IMG/VR virus record: IMGVR_UViG_3300048565_000023
Location: 1-46,385 of that record
DNA: 46,385 nt
Direction: 5' to 3' (one strand)
From: a virus
Lineage: Duplodnaviria; Caudoviricetes
Shown here: in pieces, positions 24,792-34,332 of the stretch
Numbering within the stretch: the stretch's first letter is position 1
How the letters are laid out: every line of letters begins with the position of its first letter
Program-made: the position numbers and the translations under genes
Notes under the pieces: generated by a model
Told to the model about the DNA's origin: nothing
Seen by the model: only the letters and a program-made list of their open reading frames with translations
Database searches by the model: none

Positions 24792-26227
24792 ATATTTCGA
24801 TGGACGTCAACGCCGCTCTCTCTGAGGTGCCAGTTAACGTTGCGCCACTTACCAGCGATAGCGATTTCAAGACCGTACAAACCTCCGTGGCCTACAACGC
24901 TGCGGGAATGGCGCTTGCGTGGCATTTCATCGACTCGGCGGGAAATTACACGGTCACATCCGTTACTCCAACCACAGCCGGAACCTACGACTGGGCTCAC
25001 CAGGGCGGTGGGATGTACTCGATCGAGATCCCAGCCAGTGGCGGCGCCTCGATCAACAACAACGCAGCTGGGTATGGGTACTTCGTTGGATCGGCAACGG
25101 GTGTTCTTGCATGGCGTGGCCCGACGATTTGTTTTAGGGATTCCGGTCTCAATGATCTTCTCTGCGATTCGGCATATAGCGCAACGCGCGGGCTCGCTGG
25201 TACGGCCATTCCGGCGGTTGCTTCTGGCAGCGCAGGAGCCTTGTTGATCGATGGCACAGGAACGGCCGCAATCAGCAATTCAAGCGGAAAAGTGCTTTTA
25301 CAGGCCACACAAACAGGCGTCACGATTCCGACCGTTACGACTGTGACGAATCAACTCACGGCCGCGCAAGTCGCCACGGGAGTTTGGCAAGACACGACAG
25401 CCGGAGATTTCACTGTCGCCAGTTCGATTGGTAAATCGCTCTACACGACTGGAAATGCCCCTGGGGCAGCATCGGGCCTAGCTATCGTTGGTTCCAACAT
25501 GGGAACCGTCAGCAGCGTGACTGGCAACGTTGGCGGGAATGTGGTTGGCTCGGTTGCTTCGGTATCCGGCAACGTAGGCGGGAACGTCGTAGGAAGCGTG
25601 GCAAGCGTTTCCGGAAGTGTTGGCGGGAATGTGGCCGGAAGTGTTGGGAGCATTGCGACAGGCGGTATTGTGGCTTCCAGCTTCGGAACTGGGGCTATTA
25701 CCTCGACCGTGATTGCGGCGGATGCTATCGGCGCTTCTGAGCTTGCAGCGGATGCGATTGCCGAGATTCAAAGCGGGCTGTCTACGCTTGACGCTGCTGC
25801 CGTTGCCGCTGCTGTGTGGAATGCAGCGACCGCAACGTATGGAAGCGCTGGTAGTTACGGCTTGCTGGTTGAAACAAACCTCGACGCGCAAGTGTCGGAC
25901 GTTCCGACGAACGCCGAACTCGCAACGGCCCTTGCAACGGCAGACGACGCGACTTTGGCAGCAATCGCCGCCCTCAACAACCTTTCATCGGCTCAAGTCA
26001 CTACGGCCGTTACTTCGGCACTGACCACGGCCCTCACTGAAGGCTATCGCGGCACAAACGCAACCGGCAGCGTTCGAGACTTGCTCTATGAACTGATTGC
26101 CCATGCAGGTGAGGCGAGCATCAGCAGCACGACCAAGACGCTAAAGAAGCTTGACGGTACGACCACCGCTAAGACGTACACCTTGAATGACGCCACAACG
26201 CCAACCGCCATCACGGAGACCACGTAA
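24788..26227 (+). CDS. Putative virion fibre protein with Gly/Val repeats
   Basis: A/T/S/G-rich; GNVGGNVVGSVASVS repeats; AVW motifs. Confidence 0.7.
   Translation: MNISMDVNAALSEVPVNVAPLTSDSDFKTVQTSVAYNAAGMALAWHFIDSAGNYTVTSVTPTTAGTYDWAHQGGGMYSIEIPASGGASINNNAAGYGYFVGSATGVLAWRGPTICFRDSGLNDLLCDSAYSATRGLAGTAIPAVASGSAGALLIDGTGTAAISNSSGKVLLQATQTGVTIPTVTTVTNQLTAAQVATGVWQDTTAGDFTVASSIGKSLYTTGNAPGAASGLAIVGSNMGTVSSVTGNVGGNVVGSVASVSGNVGGNVVGSVASVSGSVGGNVAGSVGSIATGGIVASSFGTGAITSTVIAADAIGASELAADAIAEIQSGLSTLDAAAVAAAVWNAATATYGSAGSYGLLVETNLDAQVSDVPTNAELATALATADDATLAAIAALNNLSSAQVTTAVTSALTTALTEGYRGTNATGSVRDLLYELIAHAGEASISSTTKTLKKLDGTTTAKTYTLNDATTPTAITETT
25523..25651 (+). repeat. Imperfect 45-bp coding repeat x3
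   Basis: Units start at 25523, 25568, 25613; synonymous divergence. Confidence 0.75.
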
Positions 26228-26457
26228 TGCTCGGCTCTCCTTCCTCCATCATCATGCGTGGCCTTGGCAATGGAACGTTTCTAGGTAGTCCGTCGCTGAT
26301 TCTTACGTTGGGTTATGGATCGAACGGCACCACGCCGGTTGAGGAGGTGGACATTTTCCAGGTCAGTCTGTCAATCGAAAACAGATACGCAGGAACATCA
26401 GCCGTTGGCCCCAAGGTGTTTGGTTACGCGAACGTAGAGGCGAATCCGGATGTCTAA
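26227..26457 (+). CDS. Small putative structural protein
   Basis: LGSPS.I motif twice; TAATG coupling. Confidence 0.6.
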   Translation: MLGSPSSIIMRGLGNGTFLGSPSLILTLGYGSNGTTPVEEVDIFQVSLSIENRYAGTSAVGPKVFGYANVEANPDV

Positions 26458-26758
26458 CCCGCAACTCAATATCGGCGAAGACTTGGTTTTTACCGCTGTC
26501 CTAACAAACGGCGACGGTGGCCCTGCGCTCACCGGTAAGACGCTTAAGGCCGAAGTTCGCGATACGGCGGGGAATGTTGTTTCAACCGGAACTCATACGG
26601 CCACAGAGAGCCCGAGCGGCACCTACATCGCAACGATCCCCGCCGCTGACCTAACCGCCTTGACCATCGACCGAACCTACGTCCCACGCTACTACGGAAC
26701 CGACATCGCCTACGACGCTCGCGGCAAGAAGGTTGCCAGATACAGACCACTCACGTAA
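26450..26758 (+). CDS. Ig-like/BppU-like putative structural protein
   Basis: GEDLVF...LTG.T....VRD...GTY...IPAA.....Y. Confidence 0.55.
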   Translation: MSNPQLNIGEDLVFTAVLTNGDGGPALTGKTLKAEVRDTAGNVVSTGTHTATESPSGTYIATIPAADLTALTIDRTYVPRYYGTDIAYDARGKKVARYRPLT

Positions 26759-26767
26759 GGACAAATC

Positions 26768-27364
26768 ATGACCATTCAAACCCAAGTGCAGCGATCGTTT
26801 CAGATCGGCGGCTACGTGCACCAGGAAAACCGCAACATCGACGGTACGCTGGCGATCAACTCCGAAGTGAGTCTCGCCGCGGCTAAAGTTGGCCAGCTCA
26901 CCACGCGAACCGACAACGATACTGGCGTTCTCACGATGGTGACCGGACACGGCATCGTGACGAGCAACAAAGTCGACGTGTATTGGTCGGGCGGCTCGAG
27001 GCGCAACATGACGGCCACGGTGTCGGGCGATGCTGTGACCGTGGACGGCGGCGCCGGTGACAACCTGCCTGCCAACCTGACCGCAGTTACGGCCATGGTT
27101 CCGACGCTGAAGGACGTCGAGATTATCGGCGACAACTTGCTTTCGCTGATCGGCAGTGCGTCAGCTAAGGCGACGATCAGCATTCAGGAATCAGACGGGA
27201 CCGAGCGATACGCGATCAAGATCTTGACCGCGAACACTGTACAGCCATGGTTGGCCGCTGACGGTGGCACGAATCCGCTGGCGACGTACTCAACCGAAAA
27301 GGTCGCGTTCAGCCACGGTGATTCAACGGGGACCAAGGCTGTTCGACTTTCTGGGATGTACTAG
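26768..27364 (+). CDS. Putative structural protein
   Basis: Thr/Gly-rich beta protein; AAGGA RBS. Confidence 0.65.
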   Translation: MTIQTQVQRSFQIGGYVHQENRNIDGTLAINSEVSLAAAKVGQLTTRTDNDTGVLTMVTGHGIVTSNKVDVYWSGGSRRNMTATVSGDAVTVDGGAGDNLPANLTAVTAMVPTLKDVEIIGDNLLSLIGSASAKATISIQESDGTERYAIKILTANTVQPWLAADGGTNPLATYSTEKVAFSHGDSTGTKAVRLSGMY

Positions 27365-27565
27365 TGGGGCGGATAGCACATCCTTTAGAAGCCTCCTAAT
27401 TGTTGAAGGATCGCAGCCAAGTTGAACCGCAGCCCATTCAGAGAAACGGATTTTTGAACCGCGCCCGCTGTAGCAGAACCTTTCCGCAATCCAGATACGC
27501 CGCAGCAATGCTCGATGGCTAGTCGCACGGTTGTGTTTATACCGAAACTTCCATAATCCACACAT
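27323..27565 (-). CDS. Antisense small HTH protein (80 aa)
   Basis: EWAAVQLGCDPSTIRRLLKD; fills a 200-bp gap on the + strand. Confidence 0.5.
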   Translation of the reverse strand: MCGLWKFRYKHNRATSHRALLRRIWIAERFCYSGRGSKIRFSEWAAVQLGCDPSTIRRLLKDVLSAPLVHPRKSNSLGPR

Positions 27566-27872
27566 GATACGCAAGGCAACCATTAACGAGGAGCGTTTCG
27601 CGGAGAACATCAATTGGAACGATCCTCCCGCAGAAATCCAAGACGAGATTTCCGCTCGCATTGAGGCCATGCAACTGGCAAGAGTGCAGAACAGCATGAA
27701 GCGGAGCCTTGTCTTGGCAAAGCGAATCATGTCACTCAGGGCCTGTGGGTGGAACGACCGGGATATCTCACTTGAGGTAGGCGGAGGGATGACGCCTGCA
27801 AGTATCAGGCAGCTTTTAGCAACCTATGGGACGCAAGCCAGCAAAGAAATCGCCGAGCGTGGAGCCGATTGA
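27564..27872 (+). CDS. HTH-like protein
   Basis: RIMSLRACGWNDRDISLEVG..MTPASIRQLL. Confidence 0.55.
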   Translation: MIRKATINEERFAENINWNDPPAEIQDEISARIEAMQLARVQNSMKRSLVLAKRIMSLRACGWNDRDISLEVGGGMTPASIRQLLATYGTQASKEIAERGAD

Positions 27873-28413
27873 GAAGACCGACGCCAACCTGCGTCGAATG
27901 TACGAACTGTGGCTCTCGCATTGGTCAATGTACGACCTGTGCCAAGAGTTTCACTTAGGCACTACGACGGTGAAGAAATGGCTTGAGGAAGCAACGGCGC
28001 TGTGGGACGACGAAGACAACCTATCAAGCCAACTTTGCCAGAAACGAGTTATCGCCCAGGTCAACGCCACGATCAAAGACGCCAAGGAACAGTTCCTAAG
28101 ATCGTGCGAAGACGAGGTAACTCGAAAGCAGGAACGGAAAGAAACAGACGACGGCATAGAGACAAGCCGTTCAAAGATCAGAAAGAAACAGTCCGGGAAT
28201 CCCGTTTACCTAAGCGTGATCCAGAACGGGCTCAAGATGCTCCAACAGATTCACGGAGCGCACCTATCGACGAACATCCGAGAGCTTGTGGCTGACCTGC
28301 CTTACGACAAGGCAGCAATGCTTGAGGAGGCGATTAAGGAGATTGTAGGTAATGGCGAGACACAACCGTTCGGGACTTCCGGACCTGGAGAAACAGACCA
28401 AGGAAGCGATTGA
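27826..28413 (+). CDS. Terminase small subunit (putative)
   Basis: N-terminal HTH, helical body with GNPVYL; upstream of TerL. Confidence 0.65.
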   Translation: MGRKPAKKSPSVEPIEKTDANLRRMYELWLSHWSMYDLCQEFHLGTTTVKKWLEEATALWDDEDNLSSQLCQKRVIAQVNATIKDAKEQFLRSCEDEVTRKQERKETDDGIETSRSKIRKKQSGNPVYLSVIQNGLKMLQQIHGAHLSTNIRELVADLPYDKAAMLEEAIKEIVGNGETQPFGTSGPGETDQGSD

Positions 28414-28801
28414 GGCCGAACAAATAGCACAGGCCGATATTGAGGAAACGCAGGAAGGCGCCGAACTCGTTGACGAATCAGTTGAGGAACCAACAGAAAT
28501 CGAACCGAAGCGACCGGCCTTCGTCGCTGCTGTCTCAGTGTTTCGCAAAGAACACAAAGCCTGGAAAGAAGACGAGAAACGAGACGACGAGGACCAACCG
28601 CTTTTGAAGGCCCTGGAGGCCGTGATTGCGACGGGGCGCGACGCACAAGGGGAAATGAACCCGGAAGAGCTGGAGTGTTTCCAGTGGCTTGATAAAGCTT
28701 ACAGCGACGTTTGCGACAACATCCGGCAAGGTCGGGTAAGGATTTTTGAAAGCTTCCTTTGGCTGTCATGGGGAAGGGTCTCATTGGCCTTTAGAGAATG
28801 A
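28352..28801 (+). CDS. Acidic hypothetical protein
   Basis: ATGA coupling to TerL. Confidence 0.6.
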   Translation: MARHNRSGLPDLEKQTKEAIEAEQIAQADIEETQEGAELVDESVEEPTEIEPKRPAFVAAVSVFRKEHKAWKEDEKRDDEDQPLLKALEAVIATGRDAQGEMNPEELECFQWLDKAYSDVCDNIRQGRVRIFESFLWLSWGRVSLAFRE

Positions 28802-30159
28802 TTGCCCTGGCAGATTTCGGAGAGTACCACGCATTTCGGCCGCGGCCTGACAACCCGGCGAAGCGCGACCATCAAACGGGGTTCGTTAACGACACCTCGA
28901 CGGTATCAATCTGCCTTGGCGGGAACGGTTCAGGGAAGACTTACGCGGCTGCGTTCAAGACTGCGAGGTACGTCCGCGAAACGATGCCCAAGGGGCCGAA
29001 CTGGCCGTTTTGGGTTGTTGGTGAGAAGAAAGAGCAAGTCTGCCAAGTTGCCTGGGTTGAGAAGCTTTCCAAGTTCATTCCACCGGAATGGATTCTCCAT
29101 ATCGACTGGTATCGTCCTAATCGATCATGGCCGAACGCAGTGGTGTTACGGAACCGACTCGCCAAGCGGCCAAATGAAGCTGGTTGGGTTCTGGAGTTCC
29201 GAAGCTATGAACAGAATGTAGATGCTTTCAAAGGAACTGCGATTGGTGGTTTTTGGCTTAACGAGGAAGCACCGTTTGAACTACTGACCGAAATTCGCCG
29301 CGGATGTCGTGAAACCAACGCACCAGGCTGGGCAGACTTCACGCCGGTTAAGGTCAAGTCTCCTGAGTGGCCCAAAGCCTATAAGAAACCGCCCAAGGGG
29401 ATGACGTTTTGGCACCTCAACACGATGTGCAACGACAAGATTTCAGAGGACTGGAAGGAAGAGTTCTTTGACGCGATCCCTGAGGAATTCCGCGCCATGC
29501 GCCAACATGGCGATTTCCTGGGAGTTGCTGGCGCTGTCTTTAGCGAGTTCGATGCAGAAACCCATGTTATTGAGCCGTTCGATATTCCCGACGACTGGCC
29601 ACGGTGGCGAGCCTGTGACTTTGGATTCAACAATCCGTTCTGCTGCCTCTGGCTAGCTAAGGGCTACGACGGAACGATCTATATCTACGACGAGCACTAC
29701 GGATCGGGAAAGCTACTAGAAGAGCACGCCACGGCCATCAAGTCGCGAACGTGGATCAAGGGGAACCCCTACTACGGGCCAACGGTCACTGACCACGATG
29801 CCCAAGTCCGTGGGGAACTGTCCGCACTGGGGATTGCCTGCACGTTGGCAAACAAAAACTCAGTTGTTCAGAGCATCGAAGTCGTTAAATCCAAGATGAA
29901 AGTCCGCGGCGACAATCGGCCGCGGTTGCAGATATTCAACACCTGCGAAAACCTCCTACGAGAAATCCCGATGTACCGCTGGAAAGAAGGAACGGAGGAT
30001 CGTTCAGCGCGGGAAGAACCAAATGCGGTAGATGACCACGCGATTGACGCGATGCGCTACGGAATCATGTGGGACTTCGACCGAAATAAGGGGTTCAACG
30101 TGAAGGGGTACAAGAGCGAGATCACGCGGCAGACGCGACAAGCATTGGGAGTGCAGTAA
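28798..30159 (+). CDS. terL: Terminase large subunit
   Basis: GGNGSGKT, FRSYEQ, WLNEE, DFTP, RACDFG, DDHAIDAMRY. Confidence 0.95.
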   Translation: MIALADFGEYHAFRPRPDNPAKRDHQTGFVNDTSTVSICLGGNGSGKTYAAAFKTARYVRETMPKGPNWPFWVVGEKKEQVCQVAWVEKLSKFIPPEWILHIDWYRPNRSWPNAVVLRNRLAKRPNEAGWVLEFRSYEQNVDAFKGTAIGGFWLNEEAPFELLTEIRRGCRETNAPGWADFTPVKVKSPEWPKAYKKPPKGMTFWHLNTMCNDKISEDWKEEFFDAIPEEFRAMRQHGDFLGVAGAVFSEFDAETHVIEPFDIPDDWPRWRACDFGFNNPFCCLWLAKGYDGTIYIYDEHYGSGKLLEEHATAIKSRTWIKGNPYYGPTVTDHDAQVRGELSALGIACTLANKNSVVQSIEVVKSKMKVRGDNRPRLQIFNTCENLLREIPMYRWKEGTEDRSAREEPNAVDDHAIDAMRYGIMWDFDRNKGFNVKGYKSEITRQTRQALGVQ

Positions 30160-30962
30160 TGTTCGGAACCGCCGCAGTCAGCCAATGGCTTACGCAAGCC
30201 CGCGCATTAGGTGCAAGCCTTAGCGGCCTCGCGCGCTCGCTGCTTGGCATGCCGCCAAGGGCATTCGCTCCAACTGCCGAGCCGATGCCGGTCCGACCGG
30301 GCACAGGTGGCCGGGGAAGTCGCGTACCACCGCGCCGCCCGACGCCGGCTGACGTGTTCGAAGACCCAGAACCGCCCAACCGTGGCGGAGGTGGCGGGCC
30401 TTCTGCGCCAAGTGGCGATGATGGGCCTTTCGATCAACGCAGGCTGAGAGAAGCGGACACAAGAGAGACGCTAACGCCGCAGTCAAGCAACGTTTACGCA
30501 TTCCACTACGATCGGGCAACGTCAACCCTCTTTGTCAGCTACAAAGCCAGCGACCACAGCGGCGGAAGATCCGGAACCGTTACAAAAGGTAAGTCAACGG
30601 GCCTTTCCCAACGCATCGGCGGCAAGGCAGGTGGCAAGCTCAACCAGCGCGGGCCGACGTATGGCTACTTCAACGTGCCGATTCGCGTGTTTGTGCGAAT
30701 GCAAATGGCCCACTCCAAAGGGAAGTTTGTTTGGGATGAGTTACGCATCCGCGGCTCAATGTTCGGCCACAAGTTCCGCTATGCACTCGTCTACGCGGAG
30801 CCTGGAGAAGGCGGATCGGCCCCCTACATTCCACGGCGGGCTACTCCAAAAGGCTTTCGCACGCGGGCACTCGCCGAGCCTGGACTAGGACGTAGAGGCT
30901 TTCGGACTTCAACACTTCCCGAGCAAGTCGGATTCAGGAATAGCACGAGGCGCGGACAATGA
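30159..30962 (+). CDS. KTSC-domain protein with disordered Arg/Gly/Pro flanks
   Basis: SSNV..FHYD.....L.V.Y...Y.YFNVP.......A.SKGKF....LR. Confidence 0.8.
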   Translation: MFGTAAVSQWLTQARALGASLSGLARSLLGMPPRAFAPTAEPMPVRPGTGGRGSRVPPRRPTPADVFEDPEPPNRGGGGGPSAPSGDDGPFDQRRLREADTRETLTPQSSNVYAFHYDRATSTLFVSYKASDHSGGRSGTVTKGKSTGLSQRIGGKAGGKLNQRGPTYGYFNVPIRVFVRMQMAHSKGKFVWDELRIRGSMFGHKFRYALVYAEPGEGGSAPYIPRRATPKGFRTRALAEPGLGRRGFRTSTLPEQVGFRNSTRRGQ

Positions 30963-32497
30963 GCAACGGAATCGAACTAATCTCGCAAGCCACTGGCTCC
31001 AAGCCCGTTCCGCTCCAAAGCGCAGCCGGAATGATGGCCAACCGCCCCAAGCCAGTTCCGAAGCCTGACCCACCAGGCCAAGGCGAGTTCGCGCTACCCC
31101 ATGCAATGACATTCTCTGGGCTCATCAACATCAACACGCAGACCTATGGCGTGTCAGACGAGGCCCTGCGCCATGCTCCCGAACGGGCGCCGATGATGCG
31201 CAACGACCCGGTGGTTATGGAGTGCGTGGAGAGCCGCCAACGGGCTACGGCGTTGCTCAAGTGGCATCTTGAGACCGACGAACCCAAGAACGAAATCCAC
31301 AAATGGCTGTGTGAGCAACTGACCGGGATGCTCAACAAAATCCCGTATTTCCTCAAGTACCGTTGGAGCCTTCTCGACGCGATTTGGTACGGGCGCGCGG
31401 CAGTTTCCAATACATGGGATCGCCTGAACATTGGCGGGCAGGAGTACAACTCCATCGCGGATTGGGAGCCGGTCAACGGGGATAAGCTCATCTTTCGCTA
31501 CAACCGCGACAACAAGCGGGCAGGAGCGCGGCGAGACATTGGAGTTCGCGTTTCGCCCCAACTCTGGCAGAAAGACTCTGACGGAACGCCCTACCACTAC
31601 TACGGTCGAGAGCTAGAGAAGATCACCGACAGCGGCGGAACGGTGCTTTATACGTCTCAGGGGATGGCGTATTTCCTAGCTCAACAAGAACGCCCGTTGC
31701 TCTCTCTTCACAAGCACATCGTGGAGGACGGTGTTTTTGAAGATGTTCTATCCGCTGGGCGCATTAACGGGGTGGGGATTCGCGACCGCATCTATTGGGC
31801 GTGGTTCCAAAAGCAGCAATCCCTCGCCACGATTATGGCCTTGATTCAGCGGTTTGGAACAGGCTTTACGATCGCGACTTACCCCCAGGGTAATGAGCAA
31901 GCCAGAGAGGAAGTTATTCGAGCAGTTCGGGAGCAACGCGCCGATAACGTGCTGATTGTTCCTGTCATGGCCGGCGAACCTGATACGTACAGAATCGAGC
32001 GAATCGAGCCGACTAACGCGGGCTTGCAGGCCCTGAATGACATGGTGCACTTGTTCTGGGGGCACCAAATCAAGCGCTACGTCCTAGGCCAAACAGCCAC
32101 CAGCGAAACATCCAGCACAGGCCTTAACTCGAACATGGCCGAAGTCCAACTGGGGACTTTCATGCAGATCATCCAGTACGACGCGATCAACTTGCAGGAA
32201 ACCATGACCCGCGAAGTCGTGCGTTGGCTGGTCGAATACAATTTCCCGCAGCTTCGCGGCATTGACGTGCGTTTCGTGATCGAGAGTGAAGGGGACGAAG
32301 CCGACAAGATCATCGAACGACTAGAGAAAGCCTACAACATGGGCCTCAAAATCCCTGTCCCCGAACTATTGGAACGCCTGAACCTACGCGAACCGCTCCC
32401 AGGGGAAGAAGTGCTGGTCAAACAGGCGCCAATGTCACCGTTCGGCGATCCTGTCGCAATGGGAGACAGCGCAATTTTGCTCCATGCTGCCCGATAG
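30959..32497 (+). CDS. Portal protein (DUF935/Mu gp29-like)
   Basis: D.V.....SR, LLDAIWYG, IQRFG, I...VLGQT.TS motifs; follows terminase. Confidence 0.88.
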   Translation: MSNGIELISQATGSKPVPLQSAAGMMANRPKPVPKPDPPGQGEFALPHAMTFSGLININTQTYGVSDEALRHAPERAPMMRNDPVVMECVESRQRATALLKWHLETDEPKNEIHKWLCEQLTGMLNKIPYFLKYRWSLLDAIWYGRAAVSNTWDRLNIGGQEYNSIADWEPVNGDKLIFRYNRDNKRAGARRDIGVRVSPQLWQKDSDGTPYHYYGRELEKITDSGGTVLYTSQGMAYFLAQQERPLLSLHKHIVEDGVFEDVLSAGRINGVGIRDRIYWAWFQKQQSLATIMALIQRFGTGFTIATYPQGNEQAREEVIRAVREQRADNVLIVPVMAGEPDTYRIERIEPTNAGLQALNDMVHLFWGHQIKRYVLGQTATSETSSTGLNSNMAEVQLGTFMQIIQYDAINLQETMTREVVRWLVEYNFPQLRGIDVRFVIESEGDEADKIIERLEKAYNMGLKIPVPELLERLNLREPLPGEEVLVKQAPMSPFGDPVAMGDSAILLHAAR

Positions 32498-32647
32498 TTT
32501 TAGCGATCCAGACAAACCACCAGCACCAAACCAACCCAAACCCGGCGAACAGTCGCGTTTTGTATTCGCCAACAATTCTGAAAAAACTTCTCAGAATTTT
32601 CAAAAGTCCGCCTAGCAGAAAAAAGTTACATTCCCCAACTTGCGGGA

Positions 32648-33802
32648 ATGACGACTACTTTTGCACCTCCGCCAGACGCTTTTTCAATCCACCGGGACTA
32701 CGAACCGGTGTGGGCAGAGCATGAAGCGCCGATGGGTCCGCAGGGCGAAAGCCTGCCGGTCAATCGCGAGATGCTTGAGCGGGTTGCGGCCAACTGCAAC
32801 GCCCTGATTGAGAACTTCGGCAGCGGTGGATATGTCCCGGTTGTCCTAACCCACCCGACGCCGGAAGCCCCCCGGAAAACGGTCGTTGGTGTCATGGGGC
32901 CTTACAAGGTCGGCAAGCTCGGCAACGGCAAATGGGGCATTCTCGCCCAGCGCCATTACTCCGCCGATCACGAAGCGGACATCAAGGACCATCCGGGCAA
33001 GTCAGTCGATTTCGTCTGGCGTGGAGACGATCCCGGCGCGGGCTACTTCCGCAATCTCGCGTTACTTCCGGCCGGAACTTCTCCGCGGCTTCAACTGGGA
33101 ATGTCGTACGAACAACCATCGTCCGGGCAGCGCTGCCTCCGCTACTCGATCGACGCTGACAGCGAGGCATGTGAGACCAAAACGATGGACGAATCGCAAA
33201 TTAGAGCGCTCGTAATGCAAAGTCTGATGGAACTAGGGCTTGGCGGTGCTTGTGCAACCCAGCCAGCCGGCGGAGCGCATGCCGCCATGCCCTACAAAGC
33301 ACCCGAAAAGGGCAAGGAAGCCGAAAAGACGGTTTCCTACGAAGACCTTCAGGCCAAGACGCTGGCCTACGAAGCAGAAAACGCCGAACTGAAAAGCGGC
33401 CTCCAGTCGCTTACCGAGCGGTTCAACGCTCTGGCTGCCGATCGCACCAAGGAGCACCGGTATTCAGTTCTCAAGCAACTTGCCTCCGATGGCTATCCCG
33501 TCCTGAATTCGAAGGACAAAAAGCCCTTGGAAGAGGAGATGGAGTTCTACGCGAGCTACGACGAAAGCGGCTTCGAAAAGGCCATTGCTCACCGTCGCGC
33601 GACGACCCAACCCGCCCCGCGTGGTTCGCTTCCCATTCCGGGATCGGAGTTCAAGGCACCTGCTTTGAATGAAGCCGAGGAAGCAGCCCGTGCGGCCGAG
33701 ATCAACGCCAAAGCAAAGCAGCTCGTTTACCAATACGACCAGGCTGGCAAGACGATTTCCTACGCCGAAGCCCGCGAAAAGATTCTGTCTGGCGCCGCGT
33801 AG
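32648..33802 (+). CDS. Prohead protease fused to scaffolding domain
   Basis: PVVLTH, G.M, KSVDF, NLALL...P.L; coiled-coil C-terminus ending ISYAEA. Confidence 0.78.
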   Translation: MTTTFAPPPDAFSIHRDYEPVWAEHEAPMGPQGESLPVNREMLERVAANCNALIENFGSGGYVPVVLTHPTPEAPRKTVVGVMGPYKVGKLGNGKWGILAQRHYSADHEADIKDHPGKSVDFVWRGDDPGAGYFRNLALLPAGTSPRLQLGMSYEQPSSGQRCLRYSIDADSEACETKTMDESQIRALVMQSLMELGLGGACATQPAGGAHAAMPYKAPEKGKEAEKTVSYEDLQAKTLAYEAENAELKSGLQSLTERFNALAADRTKEHRYSVLKQLASDGYPVLNSKDKKPLEEEMEFYASYDESGFEKAIAHRRATTQPAPRGSLPIPGSEFKAPALNEAEEAARAAEINAKAKQLVYQYDQAGKTISYAEAREKILSGAA

Positions 33803-33842
33803 TTCCTTCCACACTTCACAACACATTTCGAGGATTTAGACC

Positions 33843-34250
33843 ATGGGACGAATGGACGGCGGCGGACTTGTTGCGGAAGGGGACATTTACCCTTGCCGCT
33901 TTATCAAACCGGGCACCAGTGCTTGGGGTGCTCTCCAAGCCACGCTCAATAGCGCAAACGTCGGTATCTCGATCGACGCGCAAAAGGCCCCGGCAACTAC
34001 TTCCGGCGGTGTCGCGGCAACGACCGGCGACACGCTGAACTACTTCGAGGAAGGCGAATACTGCCTCCTTGAGTTCGGTGGAACCGTTGGGATTGACGGC
34101 GAAGTCACTTCGGACGCGAACGGCAAAGGGATCGCTGTTGGCACCACGTCGGGTACTACCTACTACGTGTCTGCCATCGCCATTGAGGGCGGTGCGGCCG
34201 GAAGCATCCGAAAAGTCAAGATCGTGCGCTATACCAAGTACGCGCCGTAG
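33843..34250 (+). CDS. Capsid decoration/cement protein (DUF2190-like)
   Basis: I.PCRFIK, GGTV...EVTSDANGKGI, A.EGG.AG; between scaffold and capsid. Confidence 0.78.
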   Translation: MGRMDGGGLVAEGDIYPCRFIKPGTSAWGALQATLNSANVGISIDAQKAPATTSGGVAATTGDTLNYFEEGEYCLLEFGGTVGIDGEVTSDANGKGIAVGTTSGTTYYVSAIAIEGGAAGSIRKVKIVRYTKYAP

Positions 34251-34332
34251 TTACACCCATCACCGCTTGTTTCGCTCTTTCTGGCTGGCAGAGCGAATCC
34301 GGCAACACCCTTAGCAACCAGGATTTTGAGCG

